NCBI GenBank assembly: GCA_042408875.1
Contig: JBHOQS010000025.1
Span: 41,391 to 105,390 of the forward strand
Origin: Chloroflexota bacterium
GTDB lineage: Bacteria; Chloroflexota; UBA11872; JBHOQS01
Direction of reading: 5' to 3'
Length of the DNA stretch: 64,000 nt
Both the position numbers and the translations under genes were made by a program. How positions within the stretch are numbered: the stretch's first letter is position 1; every line of letters begins with the position of its first letter. Positions 1 through 9,039 of this stretch are shown piece after piece. Under the pieces are notes generated by a model. That model did no database searches and had not been told where the DNA came from. It was given only the letters and a program-made list of their open reading frames with translations.

Positions 1-1292
1 TTCGGCGCGTGGAACTGCTCGTCCTCCAGGCCGAAGCCGAAGCTTACGGTATACGCGCCTAATGTTTCCAAGAACATGGCGCTCACCGGCAAGGTGGCGC
101 CGGTGCGTACATAGAACGGCGGCTTGCCGTAGAGCTCTTCGAGCACAGCATGCGCAGCGCGGTTGCCGGGATGGTCCGCCGGCATGAGGTACGGCTTGGC
201 GCTGCCAGGCAGCCGTCGAGCGATCGTCTGTACCCCGCGCGCCCGGTGCTTCTCCACATGCGCGATGAGAGCCGCGACCACGCGGTCGGGGTCCTGGTGC
301 GCGGCGAGCCGGCAGGTGATCTTCGCATGCGCCTCCCGCGGCAACACGGTCTTGATGCCTTCTCCCTGGAAGCCGCCCCAGATGCCGTTGATCTCGAGCG
401 TAGGCCGCGCCCATAGACGCTCGTACGTGCTGTAGCCAGGCTCTCCGAAGAGCTCCTCAACACCGATCTGGGCCTTATATGCCTGCTCGTCAAAGGGCAC
501 CTGGGCGATCAACGCACGGTCGGCTTCGCTGAGCGGCGCCACATCATCATAGAAGCCCTCGACCAGGATCCGCCCATCGGGGCTGCGCATCGAGCCCAGC
601 ACCTGCACCAAGGCGTGGAGGGGGTTCTGCACGGCGCCACCGTACACACCGGAGTGCAGGTCGCTCGCCGGGCCGTAGACGTCAATCTGGAGCGCACACA
701 GGCCGCGGTTCCCCACCCAGAGCGCGGGCTGATCCTCTGCCCACTGCGTGCTGTCGCTGCTGATCACCATGTCACAGGCGAAGAGGTCGCGGTGCACAGC
801 GAGGAACCCAGGGATCTGCGGGCTACCGATCTCCTCCTGACCTTCAATAAAAAACTTCACGTTCACAGGCAGCGCGCCGGCGGTTTTGAGCAGGGCCTCC
901 ACAGCCACAATGGTGAGGAAGATATTGCCCTTGTTGTCCGATGCCCCACGAGCGTACACGCGGCCCTCGCGGATCGTCGGCTCGAAGGGTGGTGTGGTCC
1001 AGAGCTCGAGCGGATCAGCTGGCTGCGTGTCGACGTGCCCGTAGATCAGGATCGTCGGCTTGCCGGGGGCATGGAGCCAGTCGCCATACACGACCGGGTG
1101 CCCACCGGTAGGGAGCACGCGCACATGCTCGATGCCCGCCGCGATCAGGCGGCGCGCTGCCCACTCGGCAGCGCGTTGCACATCTGCGGCATGCTGTGGC
1201 AGGGCTGAGATGCTGGGGATACGCAGGAACTCGAGCAGCTCGTCTACGAAGCGAGGTTGCTGCGTCTGCAGATATGTTTCCCACACAGCCAT
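1..1292 (-). CDS. M20 family metallopeptidase (dipeptidase/ArgE/DapE-like); start codon at 1292, C-terminus runs off the window
   Basis: Own translation of the minus strand: MAVWETYLQTQQPRFVDELLEFLRIPSISA...HVDTQPA...GASDNKGN...; M20 signature motifs present. The ORF has no stop inside the window, so it is absent from the ORF track. Confidence 0.75.
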   Translation of the reverse strand, partial: MAVWETYLQTQQPRFVDELLEFLRIPSISALPQHAADVQRAAEWAARRLIAAGIEHVRVLPTGGHPVVYGDWLHAPGKPTILIYGHVDTQPADPLELWTTPPFEPTIREGRVYARGASDNKGNIFLTIVAVEALLKTAGALPVNVKFFIEGQEEIGSPQIPGFLAVHRDLFACDMVISSDSTQWAEDQPALWVGNRGLCALQIDVYGPASDLHSGVYGGAVQNPLHALVQVLGSMRSPDGRILVEGFYDDVAPLSEADRALIAQVPFDEQAYKAQIGVEELFGEPGYSTYERLWARPTLEINGIWGGFQGEGIKTVLPREAHAKITCRLAAHQDPDRVVAALIAHVEKHRARGVQTIARRLPGSAKPYLMPADHPGNRAAHAVLEELYGKPPFYVRTGATLPVSAMFLETLGAYTVSFGFGLEDEQFHAP

Positions 1293-1397
1293 GGCGGGTA
1301 CCTTCTCCTCACCACCACGAATCTTGCTGCACCGATCTCACCGTACAGGGTATCACTGCCTGCTGTGCGCTGCTAGCAGGCTGCTCTCTCATCGGGG

Positions 1398-2507
1398 TCA
1401 ACCCAGCGACAAGGTGTCGTCACGCTCCCAGGCCGTGCGGAGCCAGTTGTCCCTGGTGTCGGGCGCGGGCAGCCAGGAAGGCAAAGGCATCAGCAGATGC
1501 GCGGCTAGGGCATTGACGTATGACTCGTACATGCGGCGCAGCCCCGCCAGTTGTGTATCTGCAGCAAGCCCCTCGCGCAGGGGCGCGCCGGCTGCCTTCA
1601 GCGTGGCGCGCAGGCGCGCGAGTTCATCCGGCGGCAGCCGGTCGTGTGCAGGCGGGCGCGGCGGCGTCGCCAGGACATGGCTCAGGTCGGCAATGGCATG
1701 GCGGGCCATGGCAAACGTCAGAGAGGCGGGCCGCCGGGGCACGCCGTCGACCCCGACAATAGCGAGCGCACTTACGTCAAGAATAGTCGTGAGCGCTGAG
1801 ACCCACGACTGGGTATCGTGCTGCGAGCGAAAGTAAGCCAGGATCGGATACGACAGATGGATCTCCATGAGTTCGGCAGCCCATACTTCCCAACTGGCCA
1901 GATAGGGCCCGAGGTCGGCCAAGCTCCCGTACCGTGCCAGGCGGGTCAGCAACTCAGCAGCGCTGGGCGGTGTGCCAGCCCATTCATCGAGCATCGAGAT
2001 GTGGACCTCGCGGCGAGAGAATTCCTGGAACAGGACCGGCAGATAGGCCAGGACGAGCGCCAGAAAGCCGAAGCCGATCCCAGCCTCGACGACCGTCAGC
2101 GCACGCGCCAGACCGGAGCGCGGGGCCACATCGCCGAGACCAAGGGTGAAGAACGTTGTCCCGCTGACATACAGGTCGGTGCCGAAGTCGGGCTTCTGCT
2201 CTGGAGCAGTGAACTGGGACCCTAACGCCCACTGGAGCAGCGCGAAGCCACTGATGAGACAGCCGGCCCAGAATGCCAGCACCAAGATCAACGAGAGCGG
2301 CCCGTAGATGCTGAGGAACGTTTCACGCCGGCTGCTCTCCCGCACAAGCCGGGCGGCGCTGCGCCAGAGTCTCCACAGCCCGCCGAGCAGCAGGCGCGCC
2401 GGGCCCGCCCGGCGGGTCACCCGTCGGGGCAGGACCACGGTCTCGAAGACATCCCACAGAATACCAGTGACCAGAAGAACGCCGCCGACGCCTGCCACGA
2501 TGCTCAT
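1398..2507 (-). CDS. ion-transport (two-TM pore-loop, K+-channel-like) family protein; atypical filter TLGLGD
   Basis: 369 aa ORF with TM helices and a pore-loop motif, FFTLGLGDVAP, resembling the K+ channel TxGxGD signature. Its start overlaps the stop of the upstream gene (operon-like). Confidence 0.55.
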   Translation of the reverse strand: MSIVAGVGGVLLVTGILWDVFETVVLPRRVTRRAGPARLLLGGLWRLWRSAARLVRESSRRETFLSIYGPLSLILVLAFWAGCLISGFALLQWALGSQFTAPEQKPDFGTDLYVSGTTFFTLGLGDVAPRSGLARALTVVEAGIGFGFLALVLAYLPVLFQEFSRREVHISMLDEWAGTPPSAAELLTRLARYGSLADLGPYLASWEVWAAELMEIHLSYPILAYFRSQHDTQSWVSALTTILDVSALAIVGVDGVPRRPASLTFAMARHAIADLSHVLATPPRPPAHDRLPPDELARLRATLKAAGAPLREGLAADTQLAGLRRMYESYVNALAAHLLMPLPSWLPAPDTRDNWLRTAWERDDTLSLG

Positions 2508-5431
2508 CGCCCCTGCTCCGGCTTTCGCTCCAGGCCAGACATGGACGTGACCGGCGACTGTGTCTGGCGCTCCCGCATCTTGTTCCGTACCACGATACCG
2601 CGCTCTTTACCGCGCTCTTTACCGCGATCTTTTGCGAGGAGCGCTGCACTTGCACACAGCGTTGTGGCGGTGATCAGCCCTCCCAGCAGGAGCGACGCCG
2701 GCCGGTACGCCAGCGTCACGGTGTGCTCGCCGGCAGGTACCGGGACGGCACGGAAGATGGCATTGGCCCGGTAGATCGGCGCAGGCGTGCTGTCAACCCA
2801 GGCCTGCCAGCCAGGATAGTACGCGTCGCTCAGAACCACGAGCCCTGAGCGCTCCGCGGCGACCCGCACAGTGATGCGGCCGTTGCCGAAACTGCGCACC
2901 TGCGCCTCCCTGCCTCGCTCGACCGCTGCATCTGCATCTGCCGCTACCGGTGCGCTCTCGGGGATGCGCTCCTCGAGGAGAACTCGCGCCAGAGGATCGA
3001 AATCTGCCGCGCGCAGGCGGTCATAGATGTGCTCGCGCTTCTCTAGGACTTCGTAGGCGTACACGATCCACGCCCGTGGCAGCGCCTGCGTATTCTCCAG
3101 GACGCGCAGGCTGCCCTCACGGTATACCTCACGCCAGCGCGGCTCAAGCGGTACCTCGAGGCTGATATCGTCAATCAGGATCGTGATGCCCGGATACCGC
3201 TGGGCAAGGGTAATGGACGCCACCCGGGCGGGCAGGTGCAAGGCATACTCAGCGAGATAGCTGTTCGCTACAGTCCCATCGGGGCGCTGCTGCTGGCGCG
3301 CTACAGGGGCGCGGCGGTGCCGCACCCGGGGGGTCACGTCCGGCCGCTCATAGGCCCACTCGGCTGCCTCGAAGCCGGCACGTACTGGGAGCACCTGCCG
3401 GTTGCCGGCCAGATCGGTGACGGTCAGCTCCGCTACTACCGTGCCATCCTCTACATCAAGCGAGTCGCCCAGGCTCGAGAGAAGACGCAGGCGACGCGCT
3501 GGGGCGGGCTCGCGGAGCATGATCTCAAGCGGCGCCTGGCCGGGGCGAATGATCATCCCGCGCAGGATCGGCAGGTGGTAAGCGGTGCCGACATCCGTCA
3601 GTAGATAGCGCACGTTGAGTAGGTCCACTAGGCGCGAATGCGGGGCATAGGCGTTCAGCCTGCGAGCGCCCCGGCCCAGCGGATTGATATACTCCATGTA
3701 CTCCCCCAGGCTTTCCAGCCGGATGGGGAGATAGCCCTGCGCTGCCTGGAGCCCCGGCACCAGCAAGTGCGTATTTGCCGGAAGCAGCGCCAGGCGGCGC
3801 GCATACGGGCTGTCCCCTAGCTGGCTCTCGCTTGGATCGAGCTCCACAGAGATGATCCGGAATGGCTGCCCAGCAGCTGCTGCTTCTGCCTGTCTACTTT
3901 GGAGCCAGGTGACAACGCCAGCCACTCGGTGCATCACGGCAGGATCGAAGAACGTGCCGACGGAGCGAGGGAGGTTAAAGGCGAGCAGGTCGAGCGCGAC
4001 GATCCCCGGCAGCGCACAGCTCCACGCCCGGCCACGAGTAGCCAGGGCAAGGGCAAGGAGCGTCGGCAGCGTCACCCCACTGGTGTGCACGAGCGCGAAG
4101 TCTTGCGAGCGTGGAGCCTGAGGGCCATAGGCCGCGCCTGCTGCCAGGTACACCAGGAGCAGAGCACAGGCGGTCAGCGGAGCCATCCAGCGCAGGACTT
4201 GCCGGACGGGCATGCGGAGTAGATGCTCAGCCCCGAAAGCCGCCAGCATGGCCAGTCCCAGCGCGGGCACGAAGAAGAACCGGCTGGGTGCGTGCCACAG
4301 GGCAAAGCCGGGCACAGTCTGGTAGAGTATGCCGTACACAGGCGTGGCATTTCCCACACTGACGAGCAGGCCAGTCATAGCGAGGGCGAGGAAGAACCGG
4401 GCGTGCGCCTGCCGCGTTCCTAGGCCAAGGGCGGCGAGCAGAAGCACGGCCAGGCCAGGGTAGACGCCGCGGAGCTCGACATCGGGCCCGCCCCGGCCGA
4501 GGAGGGTGGCGAAGGAGACGCTGCTACGGTCGGCTGCATCAGCGAGGCTGAACCCTCCTGCCCGATGCGAAGCGGTGAAGAGCTCCAGGGTCGGACCGAG
4601 CTGCACTGCGGCGGTCCCAGCCGCGCTCAGCGCGCAGCACGCGGCCACGCCGGCACGCAGCGCCAGCGTCCGGTCCAGCGTGCGCCGTGTGGCAATGTTG
4701 TGGCTGAGCCACCAGGCGCAGTAGCACGCCACAACCAGCGCAGTCGCATAGGAGATTTGCGGGGAGCCCCGAAAGAACTGGAGCGCCCACAGTATCCCAG
4801 CCAGGAGTCCCCAGCGCGGCGCGGCTCGCTGCATGCCTCGCTCGCAGCAGAGCAGGATAGCCGGCAGCCAGAACGCGCTCATCACCGGGAAGATTTGGCC
4901 CGGCCGCGCCACGAAGTGTTGGCCGAAGGGGTAGGCCAGCGCGGCGACCAGCGCAGCGGCGCGGCCCAGGCCGAGCACGCGGGCGAGGCCGTACGTCGCG
5001 ATGGCGGCCAGGAAGTAGTGCCCCAAGATGAGCAGCCGGTCGGCCAGCGCAGCAGGCAGCAGCAGCGCTGCCAGGGTCTGCGGGAGATAGAAGAGGCTCG
5101 ACTGGGGATCGGCCACGTACGGCACCCCCGCGACCAGATAAGGGTTCCAGAAGGGGATGTCCCCGTGCCGGAGGCTCCGCCGCAGGAACTCCAGGGCCGG
5201 GTAATCCTGGACCCAGTGATCGCCTTCGTCTGGGATCTTGCCCAACACCGCGATCTGGGGCAGGAAGAGCACCGTCACCAGCAACAGCGCAAGCGGCACG
5301 CCCCAGCGCTCCGCGACCCGATCGGCAGTGAGCCGCGCTATAGTAGCGGTCCAGAGGCGGGCCGCTGTGACACGTAGATCGACCGGGAGGCGAACTAGCG
5401 CCCTGCGCCGAGAGAGCATTGATGCCTCCAA
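2504..5431 (-). CDS. YfhO-family large polytopic membrane protein
   Basis: 975 aa with many TM segments. The N-terminal motif GDIPFWNPYLVAGVPYVADPQSS matches the YfhO family hallmark. Confidence 0.6.
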   Translation of the reverse strand: MEASMLSRRRALVRLPVDLRVTAARLWTATIARLTADRVAERWGVPLALLLVTVLFLPQIAVLGKIPDEGDHWVQDYPALEFLRRSLRHGDIPFWNPYLVAGVPYVADPQSSLFYLPQTLAALLLPAALADRLLILGHYFLAAIATYGLARVLGLGRAAALVAALAYPFGQHFVARPGQIFPVMSAFWLPAILLCCERGMQRAAPRWGLLAGILWALQFFRGSPQISYATALVVACYCAWWLSHNIATRRTLDRTLALRAGVAACCALSAAGTAAVQLGPTLELFTASHRAGGFSLADAADRSSVSFATLLGRGGPDVELRGVYPGLAVLLLAALGLGTRQAHARFFLALAMTGLLVSVGNATPVYGILYQTVPGFALWHAPSRFFFVPALGLAMLAAFGAEHLLRMPVRQVLRWMAPLTACALLLVYLAAGAAYGPQAPRSQDFALVHTSGVTLPTLLALALATRGRAWSCALPGIVALDLLAFNLPRSVGTFFDPAVMHRVAGVVTWLQSRQAEAAAAGQPFRIISVELDPSESQLGDSPYARRLALLPANTHLLVPGLQAAQGYLPIRLESLGEYMEYINPLGRGARRLNAYAPHSRLVDLLNVRYLLTDVGTAYHLPILRGMIIRPGQAPLEIMLREPAPARRLRLLSSLGDSLDVEDGTVVAELTVTDLAGNRQVLPVRAGFEAAEWAYERPDVTPRVRHRRAPVARQQQRPDGTVANSYLAEYALHLPARVASITLAQRYPGITILIDDISLEVPLEPRWREVYREGSLRVLENTQALPRAWIVYAYEVLEKREHIYDRLRAADFDPLARVLLEERIPESAPVAADADAAVERGREAQVRSFGNGRITVRVAAERSGLVVLSDAYYPGWQAWVDSTPAPIYRANAIFRAVPVPAGEHTVTLAYRPASLLLGGLITATTLCASAALLAKDRGKERGKERGIVVRNKMRERQTQSPVTSMSGLERKPEQGR

Positions 5432-5749
5432 TAACGCGCTACGCGTTCATGCCAGGGAGAGATAACACAGTCTCCGCGTCGGCACAAGCCGTCGCAGCAG
5501 CAGGTCAAGGTGTAAGTGTGCGTCACCCGCGTTCGTTGCTGCTGCATGATACACGCGATACGCCCTGGCTTGGAGCGGGTACGGCAGGACCATTGCCGGA
5601 CCTGGCTGCACTGGGGTTGTGCTACTGGAGCGCGATGCTGAACGCATTGGACACCTTGTCGTCGCGCAGGCACTACCATGGTGTGCCTGGAGCCAATGGT
5701 CCTGTGGAGCTCGCCGGGGCGTTCCGGAAAGCTGCGGTTCCTGACAACT

Positions 5750-5815
5750 TCTTTAATTTAAAATCTTTAATAATATTAAATTTAAAAATATTAAATCTAA
5801 AGAAGAGCAGAAAGG
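5750..5815 (+). promoter_or_regulatory. AT-rich island (below 20 % GC) with a 10-bp direct repeat aatattaaat x2, immediately upstream of ynfA
   Basis: ctttaatttaaaatctttaataatattaaatttaaaaatattaaatctaaag sits in an otherwise 67 % GC context. Likely a promoter/UP element. Confidence 0.4.
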
Positions 5816-5823
5816 ATAGAGCG

Positions 5824-6174
5824 TTGAGCATCACTGTGCTGGAGGTTCTGCGCGCCCTGGGGCTGTTCGGTCTAGCCGGTCTGGCGGAGATCGGCGGAGG
5901 CTGGCTGGTGTGGCAGTGGCTGCGCGAAGGTCGGCCCTGGCCGTACGGGCTGGCCGGTGCGCTGGTGCTGGTCACCTACGGCGTGATCCCCACCTGGCAG
6001 GCCAGCCCGTACTTTGGCCGGGTGTATGCCGCCTACGGCGGCATGTTCATCGTGCTGTCCCTGCTCTGGGGGCGGATCTTCGACGGCTTCCAGGCCGACC
6101 GCTGGGATGTGCTTGGTGCGGCCATCTGCCTAATAGGGGTCTTCGTGATCTACTTTGGTCCGCGCGGCGCCTAA
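5824..6174 (+). CDS. ynfA: YnfA-family (UPF0060) small inner-membrane protein
   Basis: C-terminal 116 aa of ORF 5419..6174: ...LAEIGGGWLVWQWLREGR...VYAAYGGMFIV...GAAICLIGVFVIYFGPRG matches E. coli YnfA (EIIGCFLPWLWLK...GRVYAAYGG...). The likely start is TTG at 5824; the upstream part of the ORF reads as non-coding. Confidence 0.7.
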   Translation: MSITVLEVLRALGLFGLAGLAEIGGGWLVWQWLREGRPWPYGLAGALVLVTYGVIPTWQASPYFGRVYAAYGGMFIVLSLLWGRIFDGFQADRWDVLGAAICLIGVFVIYFGPRGA

Positions 6175-6262
6175 GCTGCGCAAGCACGGAGGCAGGGCCA
6201 GTCCGCAAGCGCTCATTTCCGGCAGCCCCTTCCGGGGTGCCAGCGCGGCCAGGGCTATAGAC

Positions 6263-6292
6263 TTGACGCGCGGCGGGCTGCCGGTATACAAT
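6263..6292 (+). promoter_or_regulatory. sigma70-like promoter (TTGACG-N16/18-TATACAAT) for the Fur-family gene
   Basis: acTTGACGcgcggcgggctgccggTATACAATg lies about 100 bp upstream of the 6392 start. Confidence 0.5.
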
Positions 6293-6310
6293 GCTCCTGG
6301 CGCTATTTTA

Positions 6311-6339
6311 GAATTAGTCTAATTTTTAGGTTATCCTAA
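6311..6339 (+). promoter_or_regulatory. Fur-family-type operator: 7-1-7 inverted repeat GAATTAG-t-CTAATTt followed by palindrome TTAGGtt-atCCTAA
   Basis: AT-rich dyad symmetry immediately downstream of the -10 element and upstream of the Fur-family CDS. Consistent with autoregulation. Confidence 0.45.
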
Positions 6340-6391
6340 GGGGTTTCGCTGGCCCTTACGGGGTTGGGGCCGCCGAAGATAGTGGGTATCT

Positions 6392-6799
6392 ATGGTGCAA
6401 GAGGGCAAAATCCGGCTTACTCCACAGCGACAGGCTGTGCTGGACGCGGTGCGGGCCAGCGGGGATCATCCGCGCGCCATCGACATCTATGAGCGAGTAC
6501 GCCGCCAGCATCCCGGCATCGCCTTCGCCACGATCTACAACGCGTTGCGCTATCTGGCCGAGCATGGCCTCATCGGAGAGATCACCTTTGGCGATGCAGC
6601 GAGCCGGTTCGATGGGCGCACCGAGCGTCACGACCACGCCGTGTGCGAGCGATGCGGCACCCTGTGCGATGTGAACGTGCCTCTTCCAGAGGATGTGCGC
6701 GCCTTAGCCGCTGCCCAGAGCGGCTTTCAGATCACCCGATATCGCGTGGAGTTTCGCGGCCTCTGCCCAGCGTGCGCGGCGGGCAGCAAGGATCCATAG
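6392..6799 (+). CDS. Fur-family metalloregulator (Fur/Zur/PerR type)
   Basis: 135 aa. Contains LTPQRQAVLDAV...HDHAVCERCG...C-terminal CPAC; winged-helix plus metal-site motifs. Confidence 0.8.
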   Translation: MVQEGKIRLTPQRQAVLDAVRASGDHPRAIDIYERVRRQHPGIAFATIYNALRYLAEHGLIGEITFGDAASRFDGRTERHDHAVCERCGTLCDVNVPLPEDVRALAAAQSGFQITRYRVEFRGLCPACAAGSKDP

Positions 6800-6940
6800 C
6801 CATCGGGCGCAAACACCGGCACGTGCACAGCCTCAGAGGAGCACGGCACCGGACAGCGCAGCGGGCGATTCTTCGCCCGCTGCGCGCTGCCATTAGCTCA
6901 TATCATCGTTTGCAATCTTAATTACCCTATTTAGCTATTT

Positions 6941-6961
6941 AACTATCAACTATCAACTATC
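6941..6961 (+). repeat. 3x tandem heptamer AACTATC in the AT-rich spacer upstream of the ATPase gene (candidate operator)
   Basis: ttaACTATCAACTATCAACTATCtaatatt lies 45-65 bp upstream of the ATG at 7006. Confidence 0.4.
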
Positions 6962-7005
6962 TAATATTATTTAGCATACTCCTCACAGACCAGGGGGGAA
7001 GAACA

Positions 7006-9039
7006 ATGCAGCAGGTAGCTACAGCGACGGTCCCAGACCGCGCTGCTCTACCGCCGACGACGGACGAGACCCACCGCCTGGCGCGGCGCCAAGCCCAAGA
7101 GCGTGCTGCGGAGCACCGCACGCGCCTGCTCCACGCCGGGCTTACGCTTGTCTGCCTTGCCTCGCTGCTTGCCGGTGCAGCGCTTCAGGGAATGGCGATC
7201 GGGCCCCGATGGCTCTGGTGGGGCCTTGCCGCGATGTGCTTTGTGAGCGGGGGCGCCGTGGCCGCCAGGAACGCCATCACGGATCTCCTGGCAGCCAGGT
7301 TCAACGTCGACTTGCTCATGCTCTCGGCCGCACTGGGTGCTGCGGCCATCGGGCACTGGCAGGAAGGTGGGGTGCTTCTATTTCTCTTCTCGCTCAGCAA
7401 CACGCTTGAGGAGTTCGCAATGGGCCGTACACGCCAGGCCATTCGGGCCCTGATGAGCCTGGTGCCGGAAGATGCCCTGGTGCGCCGCGACGGCGTCGAA
7501 CACCACATCCCGGTCGAACAGTTACAGGTCGGCGACACCATTATTGTCAAGCCGGGCGAACGCATTGCCGCCGACGGGGTCGTGCTCTCCGGCGCATCTG
7601 CCGTGGACCAGTCAGCGATCACCGGCGAGTCGATGCCGGTTGAGGTGCAAGCAGGGTCATTCGTGCACGCCGGTACGATCAACCTCCAGGGCTCGCTCGA
7701 GATCCGCGCCACGCGCCGCGCCGGCGAGACTACACTGGCGAAGATCATTCACCTGGTGGAAGAGGCACAGCAGCAGAAATCGCACATGCAGCGCTTCACC
7801 GAGTGGTTCGGCCAGCGCTACACCATTGGCGTAATCATGGCCGCACTGGCGATGGGTACGCTCCCGCCGTTTGTCCTGGGATGGCCATGGGACACAACGA
7901 TCTACCGCGCCATGACGCTCCTGGTGGTCGCGTCGCCCTGCGCCTTGGTGATCTCGACGCCGGCGTCGATCCTCTCCGCTATCGCCAATGCAGCGCGCAA
8001 TGGCATTTTATTCAAGGGCGGTGCCCATCTGGAGAACACGGGCCGTTGCCGTGCCGTCGTCTTCGACAAGACTGGCACGCTCACCCTTGGACAAGCACAG
8101 GTGACCGATGTTCTTCCTCTTCAGCCAGGGCACCAGGAAGCGGAGGTGCTAGGGCTCGCCGCGGCGGTAGAGCAGCGCTCCGATCATCCCCTGGCGCAGG
8201 CCATTGTCGCGGAGGCTCGCCGCCGCGGCCTGAAGATCCCGCAAGGATCGAACTTGCAGGCGGCCCACGGCAAGGGTGTGCGCGCTGAGGTGGACGGCTC
8301 AGACGTGCTGGTCGGCAACGAGCGGTTCTTCGAAGAGTACTGCCTGTCCGTGCCCCCAGAAGTCCAGCAGCAACTCGCCGCGCTGCGCGCTGCTGGCAAG
8401 ACAGCTGTGCTGGTTGGGGTGCGCTGCACGGATGGCCAGCACCCAGGCGCGTCGGGCCAGTGCTGTGCCCTGCGTGGCATCATCGCGCTGGCAGATACAC
8501 TGCGTCCTGAGGCGCGCGCTGCGGTCACAGCGCTGCGCGCCGTCGGTATCGAACACATCGTGATGCTGACCGGCGACAACGAGGTCGTCGCGCGGGCCAT
8601 CGCTGCCCAGCTTGACATCGAGTACCGCGCTGAACTGCTCCCTGAAGACAAGGTCGAGGTCGTACGCGAGCTCGCTGAGCGCTACGGGGGAGCGATCATG
8701 GTCGGCGACGGGGTAAACGATGCCCCGGCCCTGGCCGCGGCGACCGTCGGCATGGCCGTAGGTGCGGGGGGGACCGATGTGGCCCTGGAAACCGCCGATG
8801 TCGTGCTGATGGCCGGTGATCTCTCCAAAGTGGCCTACGCGATTGAGCTAAGCAGGCGGGCGAACCGGGTGGTGCGGCAGAACCTGGCCTTTGCCCTCGG
8901 CGTGATCGCCACGCTGGTGCTGTCGAACCTGGCCGGTGTGCTCCCGCTTCCGGCTGGCGTGGTGGGCCATGAAGGCAGCACGTTAGTGGTCGTACTGAAC
9001 GGACTCCGTCTGCTGGGCGGGCGCCAGCGCCTCGCGTGA
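7006..9039 (+). CDS. P1B-4-type heavy-metal (Co2+/Fe2+/Zn2+-type) exporting P-type ATPase
   Basis: 677 aa. DKTGTLT phosphorylation site and GDGVNDAPAL present. TM4 has SPC (not CPC) and TM6 has HEGSTLVV. No N-terminal CxxC metal-binding domain. These are hallmarks of the P1B-4 subgroup (CtpD/PfeT-like). Confidence 0.8.
   Translation: MQQVATATVPDRAALPPTTDETHRLARRQAQERAAEHRTRLLHAGLTLVCLASLLAGAALQGMAIGPRWLWWGLAAMCFVSGGAVAARNAITDLLAARFNVDLLMLSAALGAAAIGHWQEGGVLLFLFSLSNTLEEFAMGRTRQAIRALMSLVPEDALVRRDGVEHHIPVEQLQVGDTIIVKPGERIAADGVVLSGASAVDQSAITGESMPVEVQAGSFVHAGTINLQGSLEIRATRRAGETTLAKIIHLVEEAQQQKSHMQRFTEWFGQRYTIGVIMAALAMGTLPPFVLGWPWDTTIYRAMTLLVVASPCALVISTPASILSAIANAARNGILFKGGAHLENTGRCRAVVFDKTGTLTLGQAQVTDVLPLQPGHQEAEVLGLAAAVEQRSDHPLAQAIVAEARRRGLKIPQGSNLQAAHGKGVRAEVDGSDVLVGNERFFEEYCLSVPPEVQQQLAALRAAGKTAVLVGVRCTDGQHPGASGQCCALRGIIALADTLRPEARAAVTALRAVGIEHIVMLTGDNEVVARAIAAQLDIEYRAELLPEDKVEVVRELAERYGGAIMVGDGVNDAPALAAATVGMAVGAGGTDVALETADVVLMAGDLSKVAYAIELSRRANRVVRQNLAFALGVIATLVLSNLAGVLPLPAGVVGHEGSTLVVVLNGLRLLGGRQRLA

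Noticed and set aside
5419-5823. N-terminal 135 codons of ORF 5419..6174
   Set aside because: No protein-like features, and it includes the AT-rich island. YnfA homology begins at 5824.
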